This document shows positions 27,071 to 39,680 of a DNA stretch of 64,000 bases, one piece after another (positions within the stretch are counted from its first letter, which is position 1; each line of letters begins with the position of its first letter). This DNA is from Mustelus asterias. Taxonomy: Eukaryota. The notes beneath the pieces were generated by a model that saw only the letters and a list, made by a program, of their open reading frames with translations, was not told where the DNA came from and made no database searches. The position numbers were made by a program, and so were the translations under genes. Location of the stretch: positions 107,384,001 to 107,448,000 of the forward strand of contig NC_135811.1 in the NCBI RefSeq assembly GCF_964213995.1. The letters run 5' to 3'.

Positions 27071-27648
27071 GAAGGGAAATATATAAGAACTGGATTTGTT
27101 TAGGGAAAATCGCGGTGAATATTGTGGTGTAACCAACATGCATTTTCGACTCTAAAGCAAGCGACGCCCTCTTTTGTTCTACTTCCTAACCATTTCAGGC
27201 TGCCAGAAATTGCTGCAATAAAAACCTATACAGAGTCTGGCGAGACGTCTGGAGTAAGGTCTTTGGATGTGTTTACAACCCCGCGCCCATGCCTGGGACT
27301 TTATTCTGAAGCAGAATGCCCAATTGTTTAGACTCGGACTCGGAGACAATAGAGTCCTGAAAGCTTTCTTTCCCTCCCTTTTTTTCTTTTTCTTCTTCCC
27401 CTTCTTTACAGCCCTTCAGGAATTCAGATTGTTAGCAATCCACTGCAGCACGACACTTAGGATGTGGTTTATTGGTACGGACTCCAATTGTATTTGTCGA
27501 AGGAATTGAAGAGCTTAAACACTCTTCCTTTGCCACGGTTTGGGCCTAATGAATTCTTTATAGTCAGATTTTATCGTGCTATTGCGCATATTTGCTCATG
27601 TTTTTTCACCCTGTTTTTTTTTGAAGTCGAGAATACTTCGCCCTGATT

Positions 27649-27662
27649 CCAGTAGGTGGCAG
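27649..27662 (+). promoter_or_regulatory. CTCF motif between HoxB9 and HoxB8
   Basis: CCAGTAGGTGGCAG matches the CCASYAGRKGGCRS consensus fully. Confidence 0.75.
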
Positions 27663-30600
27663 CATTGTTCCACCAAAACTCAGTCGTGACAAGTCTGCAG
27701 ACATAGTACAAGAACCTGGAATTCGGTAGATACAACACCCAGATTTAAAAAAAATACAGCTTCCACTTTACTTTCCCCTGCCTTTCTTGTTTGATCCTCT
27801 TTTAAAATAATATGTACATTTTTAATCCTAAAAGGCTTTTCTCCGATCAACTATTTTGTTCAGTATTTCGAATGCAACTTATCATTAATGATAATTTGAA
27901 ACTTATCTTCATTACAATGACTTCATCTGGACCACGTTTTGTGCAGTTCTGTTATTTTCAAACTGCAGTATAAGCCCGAGAAAACAGCACAATAAAGTAA
28001 GTTCGCCCATTTACGGCAAAATATTCCACAATCCAATCTGCGACTAACGTCAATAACTACAGACGGGTCCCCATTATAGAGAAATCACGAGGTTTGCTAC
28101 ACTTGGGAAATATATAAAATGCTAGGAATTCGCACTTCTAAATATATCTCCACACAACTAAACACCTAACAACTGCATGTTTGACTCGCAGTTGCCTATT
28201 TCAAATTGTGAATACATTGGGAGAATAACATATTGTATTTGCTTATAGAAGTAAGTTACGTCGAAAAAATACACCTCGGGATGCTTCGCTTCCAAATGAA
28301 CTTCCAGGCCCGTTACATTTCTCACATCTCAGTGCACAGGCCTTTCGATTGAATCCATCCTCGACTGTTGTATAGATATCGATTATTGTTTGTGAGACTG
28401 TCTTCCTTTCAACAAGCCACACACACACATTTTCAGTGTAATAGCCATCCGCATGGACATTTTCTCCGGACTAGTCCAAGATCTTGCTGATTTATTTTTT
28501 CTCAGAGGTTATTGATTTCGTTTTTATTTGTAGCATGATTTTAAAACATGCACAATTTAGGTAACCACCCCTTTATCTGTTTATCTCGGTACTTAAATCA
28601 AGCTTCAGGGCTTTTTCACATATAACGGAAAGGATGCGTGTGACAGTTTCTTGAATTCGAATTTGCATAGAACTGAACTGATTATAACCTTATGTAAAAG
28701 CAAAACTGGAATTTCGTCCAAATAAAGGCAAAATTATACTTTAGTAGGAATAATCTTTCTCTGTCTCTGTCCTTGTTTTTCCCCTCTATTTCAGTCTTTC
28801 TCTATGCCGCATGTTCCTCCAATAACCTTTATAGATAGCAGGTTACCTATAAGTTAATTAAAAATAGAATTTAACACAAGGACGCCGAATATAAAACATT
28901 TCTGGTAATACTTTATTTTTGGCTTTTTAATTATTTCACATGATTCTCCCAAGAAATGAAGACATATGATTAGCTATATAGAAAATAAACAACATAATAT
29001 TTTACAATTGCAATCCCGCGGGCTACGTACTCATAAGAATGAAGGTGCTTGTGTGCGTGTACATCCCTTTATTTCCACCTTTGTGCCTGTACATGTGACA
29101 CATTAATAGGAACATAACACGCCTGTGGTTTTACAGTTCAAATCTGACAAAGTTAGTAATGTTTTCACTTATGCACAAGATCCTGGCTTTCTATTAATTT
29201 TAGATTAAACTCCAATTCGATTATTTGCGTTTGCTTAACGTATCAATAATATCTCAGCTGATTAAGATACATAAATACAGAATAATACAGATACATAAAT
29301 ATATCAGTAATATTTGTGTCATCCCATTTATTATAACAGGCAACAGTCACAGCTGAATGAAAAGTGAAATTAATGTGTCAGTATTAACACCTATAATATC
29401 CTATCTCGCTGTGCTGTTTTATATTTATCAGAACAGAGTGCTTAAATGTGAGAAATCTGCTTCGATTGCAAATTTAGAGGAAATATATAGAATATATAGA
29501 AATAGAGAAAAAGAACCCCATTTGTAAACAGTGTCGTTGGAAGGAGGTTTACTTTTTAAAATTCATTTGCAAGTAACTCTCATTAAGATGTGTATGTTCA
29601 AATGTATCAACATTCACGATAGATATTTGGAATATCGTTACGCACGTGTGTGTGTGTGTGTGCCTATGTGCAGGAGAGAGAAAGATTTATAGAGATTTCA
29701 AATGAAATTCACAATATGTGAATGCATTCATAATTAAACTTAGGAAATGTATTTGAACACTTTCGAACAAAATGGAATCACAGCCATGAAGTGAATCATG
29801 TGGCTGATAAAGAGATTAAACACATCAAAACACAAAGAAAAACAATATTGAGTAAACAGTCCAGAACCCTCTAAAGCACGTCATGGCCCTGAAACCTAAT
29901 AAACAGCAATCACGTGGGCCCTCACGGACCGGACAGTGGGCAAGTCGTAGATATTGTTTACTTTTGTCGCCAAAAAATCATTTTATTTCTACAAACCTCA
30001 AAAAGATCTTCAGATAATCAGTCGGTTACAATAACAAGGAACTAGCTGATCGCGTCTTAACAAAGCATTTTTGTGCAAACTTCGCCACGTTCTGAAGTAC
30101 TTGCTTGGTCTATGTCCCACCACTAGTACATTTCAATCAACTTAGCTTTTTGAACACAGTAAACCCGTTTTAAATCGGTTCCGTTATATTTAGCGTTAAT
30201 TGCGTCAAGGTCGAGGCACATTTCAACAGAATGAAGCGGATACAGAAAGTAAGTACCGTTACTAAAATCGAAAGTAAAAGTTTACATTACAAACGAAACG
30301 CTGGCCTTGATCCTTGAGAAAAGAAGAAGATAATATTAAAATAGTTTAAGCTGAGCCAAAGGTACCGGTAGTCAGAAAGGAAAAAGTTTTAAAGAGGAAC
30401 CTATCAATGAATTATTGAACTACTGAGTTCATTTAGTCCTATTACGAGCAGATCTTTTTTCAGAAGGCCACTTATAGAAAAAGCAAATCATTTACAAGCA
30501 TGAGCGTTTGTAGAACGGAATCGGTTTTTTTAAAGAATTGATGAGGTACTTCACACACCGCCCCTTTAAAAGGCATTCGATCGCCTTTTTATCACTGTTA

Positions 30601-32839
30601 TCTTATTGGGTTATTTGATCAGTTGAGCAGATTTCACAGGCTACACGTGCTCGAAGTTAATAACATTTTCTTATCAGTGTTTTTCATTATTTCCTACCTC
30701 AGCTGTACTCAGTAACTTTAGTCGATGATACTTTTACAACATCGGTGCGTTCCTCGCCAGCTGAGGTATGCCATTACATTGCAGAATGGGAAGAAAACCT
30801 GCAGCACAAGAATCACCAGTGTTTCTGCAACATCAAATTATTGGGAGACTATAAAGGAACATGATGTTATGTGTGTGTGTGTATAGACTGGAGATAAATC
30901 GAAGGACAAAGTGATACATAGACAAATTAACAATGGGCAGATAGAGAGACTAGATGATTGAAAGATTCATAATCAAAATAAGAATATGTAAAGTTCCAAT
31001 ATCGGTATATATTGTGCGCTAGTTGTGATAATATTTGGATCGATTCGCATTGTTACCGATACCCGACAGTTTCATTTACACTTTGCATCCTAACAAGTTC
31101 TATTTTGACTAACTTTTTAACTGTTACGAAGGCGTAAAGTCTGCTGATTTGGACGAGACTTGTGGGTTTTCTTTATGGACAATCCGAATGCTAACCCAAA
31201 ATAAGCCATTTGTACATAATTGAAATGCGTGATTAGATTTAGTATGCATCGGGAGACCTGCCAAGGTGTGTCAGATCGATTATAAATTATTTTGACTACT
31301 TCACAAAATCAAAGAATCAAAGAGGTTTGCTAGAAAAATGGTTCGGCCTGACAATACCCGATTTCTGATTACTTGGCGATAGGAAATATCTTGTTTTCAA
31401 TTATCACCAAAAAAACCATCAACTTAAAATAATGCAGGTTTACCATAAATCATCACTATGATGTTTCGTTAGTGGTTTAAAACTAAACGGTCAGTTTGAA
31501 AATGTGAGCAAAGGTTACAATACTCAAGTTTATACTCGATTTTAGAATGTAATGTTAACACTTTGTAAATCACTTCAACTATATATACTATATTATATAC
31601 ATATACAGAAGCATAAATAAATATCAGATCTATGATAAAGAGAAAATATATTCGGAGCAGACTAATGCGCGTCTTAGTGAGCTTTGTGCTAGCTTGCATG
31701 AACCTTTATTAGGAACCAGTGCATTTGCTTTCACTAAGAAACCTCTGGATTGGAAAGTAAAACTCCTCTAATTAGATCAAATGTGAGGTGTAACATGCCA
31801 TCCAATAGCAAATAGTCCATAACAGTTGTTTTGTATAAAAATGCTCTGTATTTAAAATATTAAGCGACAATGGAGTGCCCTCTTCAGAAAACCTATATTT
31901 TACAGCTCTGCGCAGAGCCTCTCGTAAAAGCACTAACTGCCGTTCACTGCATGTTATAAACAATAACAGGCTGTGCTTTTATTACGCTTTATAGTTCCTT
32001 AATCTCTTTCCTATAGTTCTCAGATGACTGTTACTGTTCCAGGGTCCGTCCAAGTACCAGATAAAAGGCTTTATTAATAATAGGAAAACGGGTCATTAAA
32101 TTGTTAAATACCACTAGATGCCCCCCTTCCTTAAGATAAAACATTTTTTATAAAAAAAACCCAAATAATTTGCGTTTGTCAATTACTGTACTTGTCGCTA
32201 CGCTGCAATAACTTGGGAGGAAAAATAGCAATTAGATCCAAAGTTGATAGTAATTAGATTTTTGGTTTGCTACTGTACTGCCATGTCTTGTTGATGTAAC
32301 TCTGACCTTTAAAAGAGACGCATATTCTCATTAAATGGTTTGGAAATTAACATCTGAATGTCTATCCTTTACTCCACAACAGCGCGGATACTTCCCCTTA
32401 TCAATCTTTTGGTGGCGTATGTATTTCATCTGTTGTAAAGCGGCTGATATCCCGGTAATGAACATGGTTGAATATATTAATCCGCATATTCCCCCCTCTC
32501 TATCTTTCTCTCATTCCCTCTCTCTCTCTCACCATTCCCTTTTCACGCGGTGCAGTGTCCGTACGGAGTAGGCGAAGCCAATAGGACGTGGTTGAGGTAA
32601 TAAATGCAAATTATCATGAAAAGAGACGGCAAAATATGAAACAACTCATTTGGGCTGAAGTAAATCACAGAAAACTGTTTATGAGTGAACCTCTTCACGA
32701 AGATGTGATACCAGGACCCTATTTGTTGAGATCAATAAGATGAAGGTTTAATTTAAAAAAAAGATCTTGGCTTGTTTGTTTCTCTGATTAGCAAACACTA
32801 AGTTCCTTCCGTTGAGCAGAAAGATCTTAGTCCTTCCCA

Positions 32840-33266
32840 ATGAGCTCCTACTTTGTGAATTCGCTGTTTTCCAAGTATAAAAGTGGGGAGACTCTGCGCC
32901 CCAATTATTATGACTGTGGGTTCACCCAGGACCTGAGCGGCAGACCCACCGTTGTTTATGGACCCGGCACCGGGGGCAGCTTCCAACATCCCAGCCAGAT
33001 CCCGGATTTTTACCACCACGGCGCTGCTACCCTCTCCACCTCCGCGTACCAACAAAATCCGTGTGCGGTGACGTGTCACGGGGATGCCGGCAGTTTCTAC
33101 AGCTACGATGCCCTGCAAAGACAGCCAATTTTCGCCGCCCAGCAAGAGGCCGAACTGATCCAATATCCCGACTGCAAGTCGACGGCGAATAGCCTAGGAG
33201 AAGAAGCAGAGAATTCAGAACAGAGTTCATCTCCAACACAGCTGTTCCCGTGGATGAGACCGCAAG
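32840..33266 (+). CDS. HOXB8: Homeobox protein Hox-B8, exon 1
   Basis: [42 protein letters not shown]. Donor AAG|GTGAGG after 33266. Confidence 0.96.
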
Positions 33267-33648
33267 GTGAGGTTTTGACACGGGCCAGCAAGAAATAAAG
33301 AGGCCGTCAGAAAGGAGAGGGATTAAAAAACACACACATACATTTAAAACGCAGAAAGGTTCATTTCCTGAGCCAATAAAGGAAACTTTGAAACTTTAGT
33401 GTTTTATGATTGTAAAGTTCAGTACTTGTAAATTACTTTATACTTTAATGATCCTGGAGCGGTTTTTGAAGTGTAGTATATTGCATGCTGTTTGTAGTTT
33501 TATTGCAGTTTTATGGCGTATTTTTCCTACGGTGTTGAATACTGTTTAATAGTGTTTAAATCTTGTTTTAGAACCCTTCGCCTAAAAACTACAGAGCTTC
33601 ATTGAGCTTTCTTTCTTGGTCCCCCTCTCTCTCCCCTCTCTTCCCTAG

Positions 33649-33926
33649 TAGCTGCAGGACGGCGCAGGGGAAGGCAAACATACAGTCGCTATCAGACACT
33701 AGAACTTGAAAAAGAATTTTTGTTCAATCCATACCTGACTCGCAAACGGCGGATCGAAGTGTCACACGCCCTGGGACTGACCGAGAGGCAGGTCAAAATT
33801 TGGTTCCAGAACAGAAGAATGAAATGGAAGAAGGAAAATAACAAAGACAAGTTTCCCAGCAGCAAGTCCGAAATAGAAGAAACCCCAAAGGAAAAGGAAG
33901 TAAAAGAAGACGAAGAAAAAGATTAA
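33649..33926 (+). CDS. HOXB8: Hox-B8 exon 2 (homeodomain)
   Basis: Long pyrimidine tract followed by TAGTAG, so the exon starts at 33649 or 33652. Encodes [70 protein letters not shown]. Confidence 0.95.
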
Positions 33927-34302
33927 TAATAAAAAACTAATTTAAAACATAAAACGTCAACCCGAGGGGGTATGAATAGAATCATGTAGACAGTTTTTAA
34001 ATAGTGCGGGTGTGAGAAGCAGAACAAATTTTACCGATTACTGTTTGATACACAATATTGTATGCAAATGTATGGAGGTGTAGATTAAAACGAGTATCCC
34101 AACTTTTTACCAGATATATACATGTGGTTGTGTAGCCCTGTAGTTGTTTCAAGTGGATTCTTGTAAAAGTATTTAAATGTGAAGTTCATAGATCAATGTC
34201 CTAATGTGTATGTGTGTGTGTGTGTGTGTGTTGAAATACTGCTGTAGAATATTTAAGCTGTATGCACTATTTCAGCTAATGACCATTAGCTTAAAGAAAA
34301 AT

Positions 34303-34324
34303 CCCGACAACATGAAGCTGCCTA
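34303..34324 (+). promoter_or_regulatory. miR-196 complementary (slicing-type) site in the HoxB8 3'UTR
   Basis: CCCGACAACATGAAGCTGCCTA pairs with all 22 nt of the miR-196 encoded at 17327 (19 Watson-Crick + 3 G:U). Confidence 0.92.
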
Positions 34325-35365
34325 TTTAAGCTTTAGCTATTTTAGATTGTGTTATTGTTTACGTCTCTGTTGTATTTATAAGATTGCTTTCTCCAAATTA
34401 GCATGTGCAGAAGAAAAGGCTGTTTTAAAAAATACAAGAAGAAACTGGTCCTTAAGTTTTAATTGTGAGACAAGTCTACTGTATACGTGAATTGCTTTAT
34501 TTGGGGGAGGTGGGGTGGGGGGGGGGGGGGCTGGGGGGTTGGTGAGAGAGAAGAACCGGTGATCCATTAATGTTATACATGAGATTGGGCTATTGTTTGG
34601 ACATGCAAGCGGCGGAAAAGGGTACAATAACCTTTACAAGCGAAAACAGAACTGTGAAATTGCGCGGCTTCTTTTTCCGAAATAGACTTTATTTGAATGG
34701 AAGGATTTGGCAAAAAGAAACTGTGCATATTTTGTCGAGATAGATAAACGGATAGGTAATATTGTTGAAAACTGAGCATTAAATATCAATAACACGTTGC
34801 TTTCGCACCTGACTCAATTTGTCTTTGTGACTTTTTTATTAGTGACCTGTTTATGTTTGCAGTTCACTTGACTCATTTGCACTCATAATTCCTTCCCCCC
34901 TCCCATCTCACCGCCCCCCTAAAAATAAAGAACAAGTTGAAGTTCATCCTGGACTAAGCTGTGACACTACCACAGTAGACTGATATCTGTTTGGTTTGTG
35001 TAGAAATGACATTCATAGTTTTCGAAAAATGGGTCCCAAGATCTCCCCTCCGGTCAATGATCCATATCAAGGTAGATATCGATTATTGGAACTCATAGAG
35101 CGCAATGTTAGAACACAAGCCAGCTAAAAGAAAGCTGTTTTGACAAATGTGTTTTCCACTGTAAGCTGAACACAAACTAGAGAAAGCGAATCGATTTATT
35201 TAAATTCCCATCCAAATGATAGATCAATCCAGCCTATAAACCCAATTTGCGTCCTATTCAGCCTGTATTTAAAGTTAGTCACATTATGACTTGGATGCAG
35301 GAATTTTTTCTTTTGATCAGATAATTTTTTTATCATCCAAAGAAGCCGCGGGTAGCCTGATTCTC

Positions 35366-35399
35366 ATTGGCCCCCAGTGTCACGTGCCGATATCACGTG
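35366..35399 (+). promoter_or_regulatory. HoxB7 proximal promoter: inverted CCAAT box and two CACGTG E-boxes
   Basis: ATTGG 35366-35370; CACGTG 35381-35386 and 35394-35399; about 130 bp before the ATG. Confidence 0.7.
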
Positions 35400-35518
35400 G
35401 ATCGGGAGGAAAAAGGGGGTTCTTTTGGTGTAAATCTGGACTCTAATTCCGTAATATATCACCGTACCTCGTAAAACCGACACTGAAACGTCCCGGCCTA
35501 CAAATCACCAGCCAAATT

Positions 35519-35918
35519 ATGAGTTCATTGTATTATGCGAATGCTTTATTTTCGAAATATACAGCCGGAACTTCTGTTTTTCCAACGGGGGTATTTTCGG
35601 AACCAACTTCTTGCGCCTTTGCCTCAAACTCCCAGCGGTCGGGCTATGGTTCAGGGTCGGCGTCTTACGCAGCCACTGTGCCGGGTTTGTACAGCACAGC
35701 CAACAGCCTTCACCACCAGACCCCGACCATGTACACGTCTCCTTATGGCCTCAACGCGAACTCCTTTAACATGCACTGTTCTTCATTCGATCACAACATC
35801 TCATCACTGATGTGCGGCGCTGGGGACTCGTGCAAGCAGAGTTGCAGCAAGTCGGAGCAAAGAGAGACAGACCCCCAGTCCGAGAACTTCCGGATCTACC
35901 CTTGGATGAAGAGCTCAG
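35519..35918 (+). CDS. HOXB7: Homeobox protein Hox-B7, exon 1
   Basis: [26 protein letters not shown]. Donor CAG|GTATGT after 35918. Confidence 0.96.
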
Positions 35919-36634
35919 GTATGTGAAAAGTCACATAAAATGAATTCTCTTGGAGGGACCGTCAATTACTTTATTGCATTATGGTGTCGTGTTCATTTAT
36001 GACGTTCACGAAACAGGGGTATAAAATGCAATGCACCCCCCCCCCCCCTCCACCCCCCGTAAGCAATAAAGTCGCTGACTTGGAAGTATATTATTAGCTC
36101 CATGTGACAAATTATCAAATCTATCTTAACATAAAGTAACAAATAGAGATCTGCAAAGTTCTACATTGAGGACAACTCAATTTGCACTCAATTTCAGAGA
36201 AACCTTCATTCTTGCTCTTATACATTTTGCCAATATGTGCTCTTAATTCCAACAAAAACCGTATTGTACCCGGAATATCCCATGAGACTTAACTCGCCTC
36301 TTTCCCCCTTTCCTGCCTATTTCCATTAATTGCTTTTCGGTTCAAAGTTTCTCTCCGTCTTTCTAAGTTGCAACGTGCTTTGGGTGTTGTGGAAGAGGCT
36401 GGCAAGGGAGGGGGTGATGGTAGGAGGTGGGGAGGGCTCGCTGCTGGTGATTGAAGCGGAATACATCAGGGATGGCGAGAAGATGACAAATGGAGGCTAC
36501 AAAAAGTGCGCAAAAACTAGCATTAAATATTTATAAAGATATTTCAGTTCAATGGGAATTACTTAAATGCGCAGCCTACCGTTGTTTTGGCCCAGGCAAA
36601 GCAATGCGGCAGTTTGTACTTGTGTAATATGTAA

Positions 36635-36722
36635 GGTAGGGAGGGAGGTGGGAGGCGGGGATGGGGGGCGGGGGAGGTGGAGGTAGGAGTGGGTAGCGTG
36701 GGGGGCGGGGTGGGGGGGGGGG
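36635..36722 (+). repeat. G-rich low-complexity tract in the HoxB7 intron
   Basis: Many closely spaced GGG+ runs over 88 bp. Confidence 0.85.
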
Positions 36723-37349
36723 TGAGCACTTAGACAATTCTCCCATTTTAACAGCTCTTTTCAACCGGGCCAGTGAGAGGCTTCTTTCAGCGCCTATCCC
36801 ACATTTGCGTTATTTTCTCCCGAATATTAGCGAAGTGCAAAGTTGGAGGGGATTTCCTGAATTTGGAGATTGTTGCTCCCCTGGCCAACCGTGCAGGCAC
36901 AGTGTATACCACCGAGCTGTGCTTTCAAATAAATCGCAGTATCCATTTTCTAACTACCTGTCAGTTTCATGTTACATAACATTAATTCACCAAATGCAGA
37001 CTGCGGCTAGGATGTAGGACAACCGTCATCTATCAGTAGGTTCTAGTTGTGAAACTACTACAAACATTCTTGTTTCAAAATAATAGTTAAACAGAAAATT
37101 AAAGTCAATATGTTTTTTGAGTTTCATTACGTGACAGTTGTTTCAAGCATGTAAGTGCTGTGTAAACATTTTAAATACTCCCCACACAGTGCTCCTTCGT
37201 TCTTCATAATAAAGCATTAAAACAAACTTTATATTGATTGTCATCAGTCAGTTTCCGACAGTAATTTATTGGATCTGTCAAATGGATATTCTAGATATTA
37301 TGTTAAAATAGTGGCAAAAGTGGAGAGTAGGAATTGTGTTTTGTTTTAG

Positions 37350-37667
<318 letters not shown>

Positions 37668-37771
37668 AGGAAAAAACAACTTCTAAAAACTCAAAAAGAA
37701 GGATAAACTTAAAAGACTTTTTTAAGCAAATGGAACAAGTTGTTCCCCATTTCTTAACACTGAAACAGAAT

Positions 37772-37779
37772 ACTACCTA
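37772..37779 (+). promoter_or_regulatory. miR-196 8mer seed site in the HoxB7 3'UTR
   Basis: ACTACCTA is the complement of miR-196 nt 2-8 plus A, about 105 nt after the stop codon. Confidence 0.75.
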
Positions 37780-38222
37780 AATCTGTAACAGTTTTACTTG
37801 TAGTTTGTTTTGTACAGATTAGAGGGAATAACCCAAATCTATATTGTACAAGTACAGTTATATATAGTCTGTGCGTTAGCCTTTTTGATGTGGTGAATTG
37901 TGTTACTGTAATTAGCTTGCTGTATTGGTGTATTTAAAGGAAAACAATGTCAGTGACTTTATATTTGTTACTGTATTGATGTCATTTCTTGTCATTAAGA
38001 ATAATTTCCAAAAGGAGCTGTGTGTAGTCCCAACCCGTGTACAGATTATTGACATGTGTCCCGTGTAAACTCATGTTATAGTTAAATATGTAAAATGGTG
38101 TTCTGGTGGAAGTATTGAGTGTAACTTCTCTGTACATTTTTTGATATTTAAATATGGACCATTTATGTTTGCTGAGTTGAGATTTCGCTCTTTAGATATG
38201 AAGGATGTAAACTGTTTTGTGA

Positions 38223-38228
38223 AATAAA
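38223..38228 (+). terminator. Candidate poly(A) signal of HoxB7
   Basis: AATAAA followed by a T/GT-rich downstream element (TTTTTTCGTTATTGTGTT). Confidence 0.6.
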
Positions 38229-39482
38229 ATTAGGATTTTTTTCGTTATTGTGTTCCTCTATTAATATTGATATTTCCTACAGCACACACCCAGACATACC
38301 AATAGTAAGAATCACAATCTAGCCATCAACGAAAATATATAATGCCGAGACCTATGCGTCTACACCAATTCCTCCACCAGAATAACCCAGTTCAAAGAAT
38401 ATTTCTCCCGGACTTATTGCGGGTTTTGTGCTCCAGCATATAGCACTCGCGTCTTTAAAACCAGCTCTCCTGATTAAACAATTCCACACAACAAAGGCAT
38501 TGGAACCATCCTGGACACTTCCGTAAGAGTCGTAAACCCATCTAAATAAAGCTCCAACACTCTATGAAGAGAATGTAGCCAGGTTAGGTGTCCGTTAAGA
38601 AGGACGAACATTTTAGCAATTTAACAATTGCGGAATTACTATTAAATGGTGGGTTGAATGTGTGCATTGTACAGTGCGCTTTATATATCTCACATGTATC
38701 CCTCGCCAATGAAATATTTTTGTGAGAAAGCGGAGGAAATGTTCTTCTAACACACATTGGAAATGCGTGAAATTGTTGGTACCATTTTGACACATACACG
38801 GTTGTAATTTGTATATATTAAATAGTTCTGGTATTAAAATATTTAGAAGTAACCCGAATATATTGTAGACGCATTGCGCCATATAGATAGTGGAGATAAG
38901 TCCAGTCAATTAAACAGGGTCACCGAAATTCCAGGTTGGTTTATCCTCGCTCTTGTCCTTTTCAATTCAGGGTGTATAGGAAGAGTGAATTCTTCTGATG
39001 TGATCAGGAAAATCGGTATGTTATGGGATTGACGATACAGTGTTGTCCCTCCAAAATCAAAAATCAGAATAATAAGCATTAAAATTAACGTGGGGAGAAG
39101 AATTGGATAAAATGTGAAAATCGGCTTTTAAAGTGAACCCAGCTAAATTTCGTTAAACGGAGCATTTGATTCACCTACGCCAAACTAAATTAATAATTTA
39201 ACATCATAGGTTTCTGTCGCTTTCACGTGAATCAGACGAGTAACAAAGGCACGAAAAAGGAATAAGTCAAAGGACTGCCTGATTTTCGCAAAAGGGATTT
39301 TTAAAGTTTATTTGGCGACCTTTCTTTCTGTTAAAAAGGAGAACGGATTATGGAAAGAGGAGACGATGGGGGGTTTATTTAACGTGGTACGAAATAAAAC
39401 ATAGATAACCCAGGCAAACAGTGCCATTTTGTAAGAAAACATTTAATAAAATATTCTTTTTTACCATTTTGCTTTAGCACAA

Positions 39483-39680
39483 AACATGGCGGCGAGGGGG
39501 CCTGTTGTTGGTAGTCATGAAGAAATGCAATAAATTCCTTGTTGTTTTATGAAAATTTACAACTTTGTGATAGAACTTTATGAGTGGATCGGTCCTTCGA
39601 TTGGCCGCTGCCGGTCATGTGGATAGCAACCGTGAACATGAACTTTTTATGATTTCCCATGTGAGTATATTGCAGTATTC
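39483..39680. promoter_or_regulatory. Conserved Hox7-Hox6 intergenic element (H8/7-6 four-cluster-sequence type)
   Basis: YY1-like AACATGGCGGC, GCAATAAA, TTTTATGAAAATTTACAACTTTGTGATAGAACTTTATGAG, ATTGG + CATGTG. Recognised from memory as the element shared across Hox clusters. Confidence 0.7.

Noticed and set aside
29647-29662. Short (TG)n/(TA)n tracts (also about 34211, 46060, 49119 and 57641)
   Set aside because: Ordinary microsatellites with no sign of function.
38914-38920. miR-10 seed matches ACAGGGT (also 50821 and 61531)
   Set aside because: All lie beyond the likely poly(A) signals or in intergenic DNA.
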